The notes below the pieces were generated by a model. The model was not told the origin of the DNA, ran no database searches, and was given only the letters and a program-made list of their open reading frames with translations. A DNA stretch of 63,157 nucleotides, filler included, from Sphacelaria rigidula (Eukaryota): assembly GCA_964200075.2 (NCBI GenBank). It is 10 parts of 10 records of this genome, joined end to end, with 100 filler letters (N's around TTAATTAATTAA, not from the genome) between each part and the next. Parts side by side here need not be neighbours in the genome. Positions count along the whole stretch, not along the records: positions 18,979 to 25,204 come from CAXNAA020021381.1; positions 25,305 to 31,530 come from CAXNAA020021382.1; positions 31,631 to 37,856 come from CAXNAA020021383.1; 7 more parts are not named here. The stretch is one strand, 5' to 3'. Shown piece by piece: positions 23,219-34,665 of the stretch (position 1 is its first letter; each line of letters begins with the position of its first letter). A program made the position numbers and the translations under genes.

Positions 23219-24730
23219 ATGGTATGTGATTCCGGGGCTAGCCATCACTACATCGGCAATCAACTACTGCCGAATATTGAAGCGGAGATGTTTGACTATG
23301 TAAAACTCGATCCTCCCATGAGAGTTCTGACAGCAGGCCGTCATCTACTTTGCGGAACGGGAAAAGGTGTCCTTCACTCCATCGTCTGGGATCAGCAGGG
23401 CAACCAGCACTCCGTCCGCCTTCCGGCCATTATTGTTCCAGGCCTCGGTAAACATCGTTTTTCACCTGTCGAGGCATTACTGAAAGGAGTATTAACTATA
23501 TTTTCGGTAAATTCTCATGTAGATCTTGGAAGCTTTGAAATTCCTATCCGGACCGACAATACGGGTACGCTACACTTCCTCAACATGAAAATTATTCGGG
23601 ATCAGAAGACCTTCCGCACCAACTCCCGGTCTACGTTTACAGCTGAGGTGGTTTCCGGAGACTGCATGGGCCAAGGGACAGCATTTACAGCTATGGCCAC
23701 CGAGGACGACCCCGCGGCTCTTTCAACCACTGTGAGTGCAGAAACATGGCATCGACGCCTAGGCCATCAAGCTGAACCTGTCATGCGTCGTACAATGAAT
23801 ATTCCAGAGACAGGCGTAAAGTTTCCAGGTTCACTTTCTTCGTGTGACACCTGCATGCTGAATAAAAGCACTCAGCAGAACCATCCGAAGACCGCGGATT
23901 TTCCTTCACTGGCGGATCGTCTTCAATTGGTAACTACCGACTTATCAGACCCCATGACACCAACTGCATTGAGAGGATGCAGGTACATGGCTAAATTTAC
24001 TGACCATTTCAGTAGACTGAAAGTCGTATATTTCATCAGAACAAAGAGTCAGGCGCTTTCGACTCTCTGCATATTCATTCAAGACGTGGCGATTCCTCAA
24101 GGACTTCGAGTACATCACCTGCGGTCAGATCGCGGAGGGGAATTCACAGCAGAGCATTTTCGTCGATACTGCAAAACTACCGGAATTATCAAAGATTTCA
24201 CCGCCAGCGACACTCCTCAGCAAAATGGTATGTCAGAACGCGACGGAAGAACTATTCTCAACATAACCCGTTGCCTCTTGAACGAAGGGCACCTGCCCAA
24301 GTACCTATGGGGTGAAATAGCAGCGACGGCAGTATTTCTACTGAATCGTCTACCCCATAGTAGCATCAACGGAGAAACATCGTACTACAGGATGTTTGGA
24401 AAACAGGCGAAATTATCGTTTCTACGCACCATAGGTTGTCGTGCGTTCGTACACAAGGAAGGACACCTCAACAAACTGGAGGACAAGGCATGGGAGGATG
24501 TTTTAATAGGGTACGACAGCGACAGCCCTTCATACCGCATCTACGACCGGCACTCCGGCAGGATGAGTAGTTCTCGAAACGTCACGTTCATCGAACAAGC
24601 AGTGGGAGCATCAAACCTGCAACAAGGCCCAACTCCAACTGCTTGGGGGGGAAATACTGACTTACAGCCCCATCAAGGGAACCTACAGGACAAAGACGAA
24701 TTCCATCACAATCAAGACCGCCTTCAATAG
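23219..24730 (+). CDS. pol: Copia pol: aspartic protease, GAG-pre-integrase and integrase (no RT follows)
   Basis: DSGASHH protease; WHRRLGH..CDTC HHCC; DDE core (TTDLSDP, LRSDRGGEF, PQQNGMSER); in frame with gag across a TAA at 23204-23206. Confidence 0.93.
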   Translation: MVCDSGASHHYIGNQLLPNIEAEMFDYVKLDPPMRVLTAGRHLLCGTGKGVLHSIVWDQQGNQHSVRLPAIIVPGLGKHRFSPVEALLKGVLTIFSVNSHVDLGSFEIPIRTDNTGTLHFLNMKIIRDQKTFRTNSRSTFTAEVVSGDCMGQGTAFTAMATEDDPAALSTTVSAETWHRRLGHQAEPVMRRTMNIPETGVKFPGSLSSCDTCMLNKSTQQNHPKTADFPSLADRLQLVTTDLSDPMTPTALRGCRYMAKFTDHFSRLKVVYFIRTKSQALSTLCIFIQDVAIPQGLRVHHLRSDRGGEFTAEHFRRYCKTTGIIKDFTASDTPQQNGMSERDGRTILNITRCLLNEGHLPKYLWGEIAATAVFLLNRLPHSSINGETSYYRMFGKQAKLSFLRTIGCRAFVHKEGHLNKLEDKAWEDVLIGYDSDSPSYRIYDRHSGRMSSSRNVTFIEQAVGASNLQQGPTPTAWGGNTDLQPHQGNLQDKDEFHHNQDRLQ

Positions 24731-24868
24731 GACAATACGAATTTCAACAACAACGTTTTTGATGGCTTTTCACAGCTGGACTGCGGCGACGGCTCAAACA
24801 CTTCTACTCATCCTATGCGACTTCGCTCCGCCGAAACTTCGGCCCGTTACACCCGTTTCTTTAACATC

Positions 24869-25201
24869 ATGAGTACGCCTCGCAACACCTTCACCAGCAA
24901 CAAAAACAACACCAACTACCGTGGGAGAGCCTCTCGTAATATGCGCCAACACGTGAGATACCATAACAACCGTAACTCTCGCCCACAAGCGACGAGCACT
25001 CATGGTGTCACACGACGCGCTAGGGCTCAACTAAGCACAGCCGACAACGGATCAAGACGAACAATTTCAGGGACAACAATTGACTGGGGATGCAGGAAGG
25101 ATCACCTCCAGCATGTTGGCGTTCCAGGTCAGAGCTGGAGGGACAGACGGAGAATGGTCGCAGATCTCCGACGCTTCGGGCTATTCGATGAACGTGAATA
25201 G
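24869..25201 (+). CDS. Second copy of the Copia extra 3' ORF, open almost to the contig end
   Basis: MSTPRNTFTSNKNNTNYRGRASRNMRQ...LRRFGLFDERE; near-identical to 19963-20292. Confidence 0.55.
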   Translation: MSTPRNTFTSNKNNTNYRGRASRNMRQHVRYHNNRNSRPQATSTHGVTRRARAQLSTADNGSRRTISGTTIDWGCRKDHLQHVGVPGQSWRDRRRMVADLRRFGLFDERE

Positions 25202-25304
25202 ATCNNNNNNNNNNNNNNNNNNNNNNNNNNNNNNNNNNNNNNNNNNNNTTAATTAATTAANNNNNNNNNNNNNNNNNNNNNNNNNNNNNNNNNNNNNNNN
25301 NNNN

Positions 25305-25380
25305 CTGATGCGCCCACATATACCGAAAGGTGTAGACTGGCGTCCAGAATTAATGGGACGACAACACACACACATTACAC
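25305..25380 (+). mobile_element. 3' tail of the tRNA-derived SINE
   Basis: CTGATGCGCCCACATATACCGAAAGGTGTAGACTGGCG...GACAACACACACA. Confidence 0.8.
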
Positions 25381-28300
25381 GATGAAAAACTGTGCACATT
25401 CCACCCGGAGCGTGCTACTACTAAACGAAACTGACCCAAGCATAGCGCAGTGCCCGTCCTTGTATGCGCATCTCATACAGTGAAATGCCTATCTTGTATT
25501 TTGTCCTTGCACAACCATGGATGTGTCTGAATAGTGAGGGGACGCGTCTCACCCGAGTGCTGCAGGTGACCGTTTCGGAGTTCAAAGATGAGTTTGCAAG
25601 CGTGAAAAATGTCCCAAGGACGTATCGACAGGCTGGTCCAAGGGGACCCCATAGATCACGTTTAGGTCCACTCTTCAGTTGGCTTTCAAGCGTCAGGGTG
25701 GAAAAATTCACGCTCGTCCCTGAAGAGGTGCCCGGGGTCGCCAGTTGTTGGGTGTTTTTTGTCTAGTTCGTTTTTTCACCGGTTTCTCGGGATCGCCGAA
25801 TATATCCGGCGGCGGGGATCCCGAAAGGCACGCGAAACCCGAGCGGAGGAAGAATCACCCCGACGAATGTTCACGTCGAGCAAGAATACGTGTGTAACCA
25901 TGTTCTTCCTCACTTTCCCAGATGACTAGGCTTTAGTTCCGTATGCGCGCATCAAGTTCAGCTTGATTTGGGGTTTCGAGCCTGAATAAGCCTTCTTATC
26001 GCGAAGTGTATCATTAGCTCAATATGCTTGAAACACGCATAAAACGCGCAAAACTTGCGCGTGAAGTTGCGGTGATTTTGAACGTGCCTCCTGCAGCCAG
26101 CTGCCCGCAAGCGTTCCATGCGGCGTGACTCGTCACCAGACAGGCCGACTGGCTTCAGGCTTCAATACTCCAAACTTCCATGATCGTGTTTCGTGTTCCT
26201 ACTTTGTTGTGGGTCTGATCAGCAGAACCTTTTATTTTATATTCTTCATACATGGCACTCTGTTTTCAAAAATGTGCAAGAGACTAGTACATTTGTACAG
26301 CGTACAATCAGTACCGGTAGGTCGACAAGATTTTCAATGTCGACTGACAGTACATGATGGGGGGGAGGAGGGGGGAGTGAAAGCTTGTAGCTTGTAGCTT
26401 GCCGGGTGAGAGGCCAAAGGCTGCAATGCGCTGTGTCCAGAGGCTACAACACCCTACTCCTGTATCATGTATCATGAGTGTAGTGGCGCCTGTTGTTTTC
26501 GTAAGTGGGTTAGGGTGTAGGTGCGCAGGTTGTGGCCATCAACCTCAATAGCCGATGAAGAGCTTCATTTTTCAACTAAAAATCAACATAAAAACTTCGA
26601 TTGCCCAATTCGTCGTCTTGTCCTCATGCTGCAAGGCGCGCCTCGTGAGGGGATACTGCCACAACGCCACGACAAGGACGGGAATAAGGCGCACAAAGCG
26701 CGCCTAATTTGCGCTCAAAAGGCTTACATATTTTTTTTCAGAAACTCAAATTCGAGAAAAAACGCGCACACGGAACTAGAGCCTACAAATGACCTGAGAA
26801 ATGAAGCAGACGGGAAATGTTTTCGAGAATGTGGACCATGTCGTGGCCTGGAATCCCAAGACACTGATCAAACCGAGCGGCAAAGTAAGTACGTCGGCCT
26901 TCACTCAGGACCACCCGTGTAAAATTTTGTCTTTGCACTCGTAGAGGTGACCTGAGAGATGGAGCAATCCGGATTATGCCCCGAGATTGTGGGGCATATG
27001 GTTGGACTGCGGGAGGGAGATGGAACGTCTCGGCTATAAGCGGTAGATGCTGCGTACTACCAGTACACGTGATCCAATTCTTCTGAACTCGTCTTTGAGG
27101 TGCCTTCCCAACTTTTGTGTCGACTACGAACCGCGCCCAGCCCTTACCTTGGCTTGATGCTGGCTACACATAGCTGTTGAGGGTGCGCATCTAGTGTGAA
27201 AACGTGCGGTGCATCCACGGGGGCTTGGCTCAAAAACATGGATGTGGTGGGTTCTCGGAGCTTCATCCGTCTAGATCCTGTACACTTCGATACCCCCTTT
27301 TACGCACGGTGCTTGCGGCCCACCACGACCTGGCATTGACGAGGAGGCCTCGCTGCAATGTTCAGTGTTCCCTATAAACTGAGGAATGTTCCATAATTAT
27401 CTGATCTTGATCTACGGTGTGTATGTGTGAGGTGTGGATTTCTTGGACGGACCAGGTCGTATAGTGCAGTCAGCACAGAGCACTATCTTGTGTGGTCGCA
27501 CACCAAAAATCTTGACGCGAGTATGAACGTCATACCAGAAATGCATGTAATTGGTTAAGTAGTGTTGCGCCTGATTTAATGTCACGTTATATACCACCCC
27601 TATTAAAGAAATACATGATGAAGTTAGAAGACTCAACAAAGCATGCAATCACCTTCATATTGATTGGCCTGCAACTTCAGAACATGCCCCTGGCCACCTC
27701 CCCCAAGATTTTGGGCTCGTTTCTGCCCGCCGTAAGGCACAACCTGAGGGTGGATATTTCTTATAAGTAGGCATAACAGACATACTGTACAAACGCGATG
27801 ATCATTTTTCATTGCAGCGTCTGAGACGCGATCGCACAGCACTCACGCTGTACTGCGTAACTTATACTGACCACCTTACATGCATGTAGGGTATGCTAAC
27901 AGCCATCGTTCAAGGTGAAGAGTGGACTTCAATCAAGGTGTTTATTTAACGAGGCTCACATGCACCCGCCGACCCTACCATTGCAACAGACAACACCGAT
28001 GGTATTGAGGTCGAGGTCATGTTTGCTGTCTTGGCGAAGTTGGGAGCGACGTAGCACGAGGGCAGCAGTCCCTGGCAGCGCCATGAAGCTGGTTCGGGTG
28101 GGGGTTTGTGAACACCAAGGAAGCGACAAACTCCGCCTTTCCTCGTCCCACGCCATCTCGTTTTGCTCCACACTGCACACTATTGATCATTTTTCTTTGC
28201 TACTCACATTTGTAAAACATTGCAATCGTTCTCACAATCGGCCACTCCCGCCGCGTGCTCAGTTTGCTCTGACGAAATAGGGGTGCGACCCCATAACCCG

Positions 28301-29596
28301 TGATTTCACCAACTACGAATACATGGAAGGGTTTGAAGTGCATGAAAAAAAGAAAAAAATGGCAGACACAACACTACGAATCCCATACTATTTTTTTGGA
28401 CGTGGATGGTGCAATTTTGAACGTTATACACGTGCAGGCAGTATATCTCTCCCCTTCCTGCGGGCTACGAAGGTCACTTAACCCTTTCGGAATCCTCCTC
28501 TCCCATCCACGCGTCAGAAGCCTCATCATTCATTCGAGACTTGAAAAAGAAGAGAAGATGAACCAACCGTAACCATGAAAACAGAGAAAGGGCAGAGAAA
28601 AAGCTACAAGCACACGTGAGGCGCATACAAGAAATGTTGGGCTGGTGTGGTCGGATCAGTTTCGTCCCCAACGGAGACTCGTCAATTTTTTCAGGTCGAG
28701 ACGGGGTACTGAGGCTGTTTTGACCGCTCCCAGCAGTATCCACCCAAACATTGAACAAAAACTCGCAACAGCGAAAACGTCGCACAGCATTGTTCCCTTT
28801 TCTCCTGGGAAAAGTCAGCATAGCAAAATTCCATAGCATCATGCGACAATATTTGTGCCCGAAATGTGCTCATCTAACCCTGAAAAAAAGCAACTTAATC
28901 CGTCAGAAAGGAAGGCTCTGGGATAACTCTCCAATCATGATCTGTCCGACCTGTGGACTTTAGCTCCACCAAGCTATATGCCCCAATTTTGAGCGCCAAA
29001 TCACTAAATCATGGCTGTCTATAGAGCGTCACCTTGTAGGCCCATACTTGGTATAACGAATGGTCATATTTTCATAGCGTCGCCTTTGTGGTCATCTATA
29101 TGACACTTGTAGAGATTCATACATTGAAGTTGTCATATTGCGCATGACTGATATATTAGTGATGAAAAAAATCGAGTGCGACCGGCAAGTCATGAGCAAT
29201 AAATCACTCTGAGTTGTTAAACTGTCTTGGTGTTCGAAATCCTGATGAAAACTGCGCAGAATCAATCCTGCATCACTGAATTAATTTCACCTTTTCACCA
29301 CCAGGGTACGTCATGTGTTGAATCCGCATCATTTTATCTTGAAGGATGTATTTGATACCCAGATCGCCCACCCCCGGGATCAGGGAGTCAGGGAGTCAGG
29401 GTGTCAAACAGTCTCACTTGTTGTCGTATTTCCGCCTTCCATCAACGTTCGCGTCGTCATATTCGCGCATAAATAACCCCACAGTGCGGGAGCTACAGGT
29501 GGATGCTACGATCCCGATACACGATCCTATTCCATATAATGAACGCGTTGTTTACGCCCCGTCCCCCCGCTGCTTCTGAATTTCGAAATTGTGCAG

Positions 29597-29691
29597 GTAA
29601 CTTTAGCGGCACGAAGAAGACGGAGGAGATGATGGTGGCACGAGGATCCATGCTGGAGCTGCTCAGAATTGACCCAGACACCGACAAGCTT
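29597..29691 (+). CDS. SF3B3: Internal exon of a splicing factor 3B subunit 3 (SAP130/Rse1)-like gene, N-terminal region
   Basis: (G)NFSGTKKTEEMMVARGSMLELLRIDPDTDKL resembles SF3B3 GNFSGTKQQEIVVSRGKILELLRPDPNTGK; TGCAG acceptor and GTGAGT donor, phase 1 to 0. Confidence 0.8.
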
Positions 29692-29829
29692 GTGAGTCGA
29701 AATGCTAGATATTTTTAAGCGCACTACAGGTCAGGTCATCCTATGCATGTTGAGATTTCGAATCCTGTCGAAGTGTAGAAAAAAGACGAAATTGCTGGCC
29801 CACGTTTGGTGTTTTTGTATTTTGAAACT

Positions 29830-30410
29830 TTGTGGGGGCCGTGGGTAGGGCACAATTGACGAAACGAAGTGGGTCAAGTTTATTATCATTATTTTTTTCA
29901 CTGGCTTGAGGCGTTTTAGTATGGAAACGACCATTTTTTCACGAGAACGCCCGAACCTCTCCCCCCCAAAAAAATATGAGGGCCCATTTTTCTTCAATTC
30001 AGCATACCTCTGTGATTCAATATCCTGAGTTTCAAATCACCGTTCTAAAAATTGAGGTAAGGCCCAAGAGCAGTGTTCATTTCTCCTCAAAATTGCCCTT
30101 GAAACGTTTATTGTTTTCAAAACGGAAAAATATAAAAACCCGTTTTTTTAACTTCATGATGCACCATCGGTTCTCCATACGGAATTTCATAGCATAACTC
30201 TCAAAAAGTGAGACGCGATATCCAAATTTAGTTCATCTAGTCCCTCTGCTCGTAATATATTGATTTTAATATGGAAAATTATGTTCGCCATATCTCAAGA
30301 TAGATAACGAATGAGGTGAAGGTGAGGGTGTCTATCGTCTCCCCGTGCTCCAGGGAAAGCCCACACCAAAAATCGTCATCCACTGAATGCATCGATCGGG
30401 GCGTTCATAT
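29830..30410. repeat. Dispersed repeat, inverted homolog of 12830-13400
   Basis: Collinear similarity to the contig-3 copy. Confidence 0.7.
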
Positions 30411-30819
30411 AGATAATAGTACGGATGCTATCTCCGTTAGGTATAGGAATTAATCAACGAGAAAATATTGGCCCAGACTTTCAAGCAGATAGGCACCTTC
30501 CGCTTAATTAGACGATTCATAAGATATGCGGATCATGGCCCAACTCTTAGGTATGGAGCTATATATATTCTCTTTTTTTTTTGCCGTTTACAGAACGGGG
30601 GTCCTGATGTCCCCAAGTGCGTTCCTATGTGACGATATGAAGACAAGAACATTCATTCTGCCATACAGAAAATAACTTCACCGTGCAGTATGGTGTCGTT
30701 ACTACAGCAGCACCGATGGAGACGTCGGTGATGGCGAATGTGATCCATATTTGTGATTTGTCCCGTTTTTCTAAAGGTGTATTTGTAGTACAGGTTGGGC
30801 CGCCCAAGACGCGGGCAGG

Positions 30820-31130
30820 GATGTGAACACGCGACTTAGCAGGTCAATTTTGGGTCGTTTTCTATGAAATTTTGACACAATGTTCAGGACATATGTGCGA
30901 AGACGCCCCCATTTGCCCCGTACATTTTTTTTTCGGGGGGGGGGGGGGGAGTTATTCACGATTTTGTTCCGAAAAACTGTTCTGAAATGTTTGGCCACCG
31001 ATAACTCACGGAGAAAAAACAAAAAATGTACGGGGCAAATGGTGGCATCTTTGCACATAAATTCTGTACAAAGTCTCAAAATTTCATAAAACGAGCTGAA
31101 ATTAAGCTGCTAAGTCGCGTGTTCGTGTCC
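30820..31130. mobile_element. MITE-like inverted-repeat element
   Basis: GAACACGCGACTTAGCAG...TATGAAATTTTGA pairs with TCAAAATTTCATA...CTGCTAAGTCGCGTGTTC. Confidence 0.55.
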
Positions 31131-34100
31131 AAGACTGGTTCCTGTGGGGAGATGGACCAGCCACGAAAAAATGAAACGCGGTTATGCTGTTCAATTTCAA
31201 GTATTTTTTTCATGAAATTCCGACACGATGCGCATGATGTATGTTGTGAAGTCCCGACTGTCCCCCCTTGACATATTTTTTTTATTGAGTTGTCGACGCT
31301 TTTGCACCAGAAAAAAATGTTCCGAAATTTAGATCACCAATAACATACGAGCGGGAAAAAAAAGAGGGGGCAAACGGTAGGGGCTTCACATATACCCCGT
31401 GTATACCGTGTCAAAATCTCATGGAAAACAACTTCAAATTGAGCAGTGAAATCGCGTTTTTCTGCCGAGAACCGGTTCACTTGCCTTTAGAGTACAATAA
31501 CCTCCGCCGGAACTTTGACGTTTTCTGGTGNNNNNNNNNNNNNNNNNNNNNNNNNNNNNNNNNNNNNNNNNNNNTTAATTAATTAANNNNNNNNNNNNNN
31601 NNNNNNNNNNNNNNNNNNNNNNNNNNNNNNAAGAACTTGTGCTCGGGTTGGGGCAGCCAACAAGAACTGAGCCTCGCTCAAAATAAGGTATTCTTAAGTG
31701 GTGACCGCCTCTGTAGCTGTATTATGCGCTTTTATCGCTTTGTAGGATGGAGTGTAGCACCACCGCCACATACGATCTGCCGACGATACAGGTTCCCTTC
31801 ACAGAAAACTCCCACCGTATTTCTTCATGGCAGATGAGGAAAGTGTAAATGTCAGTGTGCGTCATGTCTTGCGTTGGCGTACGTTTCCCTTTGAAATCAA
31901 GGGCAAGGTGTACCTGCCCCGGGATGATACACTGGATGTTATGGTACACACTCGTGACGGACATTTTTTTTTTTAATGCATGCATGCGACACCCTCCCCA
32001 TGGAGACCCTACATACATCTCCACACGTGAGACAGTGCGCCGCTGGGTGTTTCTCCATGTGTGTTTATTGTAGTACCTCAACGGGAGTGCTTGGCAAGAA
32101 ATCACGGGCTTGTGATGTGCGCGAAGCGTGCAAAGCTGTTACAAGCCTTTTGCGGTGCTTTGTTTCAATGTGGGGTACTATATGCGTTCAGGGTGCGCTG
32201 TGTGTTTCTCCGCGTTTTCTTGCATGCATATATGAAGGATTGGCGTAGGCAATAATCGATGTTTGGGCACAACGCCCACATACGTGGATGATTTTGTAGT
32301 AAATTGAATTATTTGCGCGAAGCGCCATTATGGTCGAGCGTTCAAGATTGGCACCCGGCAAACACCGAAGACCCGTTTGAAATCAGCGGAAGAACTAAAA
32401 CATGGGACATGTCCTGTTCCACCGTACTGCTCACGTCCGGTCTCATATGTGCTGTAGCTCATCACTGTTCTGTGTTGTGTTTAGATCTTGTGAAGGCGGT
32501 TTGGTCTCCGCTGAGATTGCTCGAGGTGCCGTATGGTTGTGTTCGGCCCGCTCTGTAAAAAATATTATCAATCGGGACGCAGTGCGGTATACATGCACAC
32601 TAGTTTCAACTGTCTCGTCTGTTGAATAATTCATGTTACCCGGACCCATGATATGCGCGATATCGAAGATGGCTGGGTAACGACACACAACCAGCGCCGG
32701 TATACACCGCTCGACCGGCTGGGCCAGACCCCGTGCTCCAATGAAAGGAGAAACGCGCACCACAGTGAGGATTTACTGCACCGCCAGGGTACTGCTTGCA
32801 CCCGTCAGCGCGGCGGCTGCTACCACTGGCATCAACGCTCGCCGTCACGGAAAGACACAACTAGCCACATTAAGATGGGGATATACCGATACACACGAGC
32901 ATCGCAATGACCCACTGTGGCGGCAATATACCACTATTGTCTGCTTGTGTGCTTGTAGCTTCGTTTCGCTGCTGCTGCTCTATCCTTCCCGGCGTACACT
33001 GTAGGTGTGACTCCAGTCTGCGAGCTAATCACGAGCACATTTCACATGGGACATGAGCTGTTTCACCGTGCTGCAGCACAAACACACTCACGCCCTCTCT
33101 CACGTGCTGTAGCTGTCACTGCGCTGTGGTGTCTTCGGGCCTTTTCGAAGACAGATTGCTCCAGGCGCTCCGCTGGGATTGCGTCAGTTGCCTTACTGCC
33201 CCTACCTTCGTCTTCACAGAAAATGAGGAAACTCATGTTTGTCGGCACGCAGTGCTGTCTACATACTGATGTGTGTTGGCTGTTTTATCTTCCGTCAAGC
33301 GAAGAAGGGGCTTCCCACACACATCATTTCTATGCTGATGTTGTCGCTGTGCTGTTGTGCATCTGAACTCTCTACGACGAACATGGTGTAATGTGCGCTG
33401 GAGAGTGCCTGAACAGTTGTATTGCTGCATGCCGTGTTCGGTCTGCACAGAATTGGGGTGGGATCAAAGTGCTTGTACACAAAGTTGAGACGATTACGAG
33501 ACGACTGCGCAGCTGTCTGTTGCGTCTTCTTTGGTACTTCAGTTGTAGCCGGGTGCTGTGATCGGAGAAGATACGCAAGGCGGACGCGTGTAGGTTGGGG
33601 CAAACAAACTGAGCGAGCACGGAGCTGCTGTATCCCAAGCGATTGATGGTAGCAGCTGTCTGACTGGCAGCGGCGCAATGTGTGGGCCAATCACAGCTTT
33701 TTGACCACTTGATTCCCACTCGATTCTCCCATCTGATTGACGAAAGGTCGCAGCATTTTGTTATATTGGGACGCTCTGATTGGTCGAAAAATCGTGACAG
33801 TCAAAATTCTCGCCCGCGTCTGTGGGCCCTGTGCCTCCATTTCAGGGCACGTCCCGCGGTCAGATCAGTAAGCTTAAAAGTATCCTCAAGTGATATATTT
33901 TTTTCAGGTTTAGGGTGTACGCATTCAAAGCTGGGCTGCGTCTGAATGGTCAGCAACAGGATATGGGGTACGAACAGGGAGGATGTTGCCTGCGCGCGCG
34001 ATCAGCGCGTCAAGAGATTGGATGGTAAAAGCAGGTGTATTTTCGCGGAGCATCCCAGGACAAAAACGGAAAGCGAAAGCTTTTGTCTGCGGTCGTTGTG

Positions 34101-34251
34101 ATTTCCTCGAACAGGCTATTCACTCTTTTTGCTCGATTGGCATGTCTGACTGGACTGCACTGCACTGTACTATTTGCACTGTACTGTTCTTTATTGTTCT
34201 CAAGCATCCCCGGATAAGTACGAAATCGGGACCGAGGCCTCGCCAACTGTG

Positions 34252-34253
<2 letters not shown>

Positions 34254-34284
<31 letters not shown>

Positions 34285-34625
34285 GTCGTCCCCTTTATTA
34301 TTGACGCCAGTCTACACCTTTCGGTATATGTGGACGCGCCAGCCGGGGTCACACAGGAAGGTCGACACAGGAGCCTTTTCTTTTTTATTTGATCTTAGTA
34401 CCCCACCTTCCTTCTGCGGGGCTTGCCTTTATTTTTTATCGCGAGAGGGGTTCCGCAGTCCCTTTCCCTCGTCGACCGTTAAGTCGAATTTTGTGTACCC
34501 ACGACATTGTCGTTCTCCACTGTTAGACATGGTGTGCAAAAAAGTCCTAGATCACTCCGAGATTTGAACCCACCGCCCAACCGCCAGAAGGCTTCGAGGT
34601 TACCAACTGAGCCACCGCGGTGACC
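34254..34625 (-). mobile_element. Full-length tRNA-derived SINE (~370 bp) with (CA)n tail
   Basis: Minus-strand head has A box TGGCTCAGTTGG and B box GGTTCAAATC; unique body; (CA)n tail; CAACTGT near both ends may be a TSD. Confidence 0.88.
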
Positions 34626-34665
34626 GACAACTGTTTGCGTCAGCACCTGCACTCTCCTACTATTG

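Larger units (their letters stand above)
18979..25204 (+). mobile_element. Ty1/Copia LTR retrotransposon in tandem arrangement (internal 3' part - LTR - internal), both units lacking complete RT/RNase H
   Basis: Gag-PR-IN-RT order; one central LTR preceded by a PPT and followed by a PBS; 18979-19290 nearly identical to 24283-24600, and 19937-20292 to 24843-25200. Confidence 0.93.
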
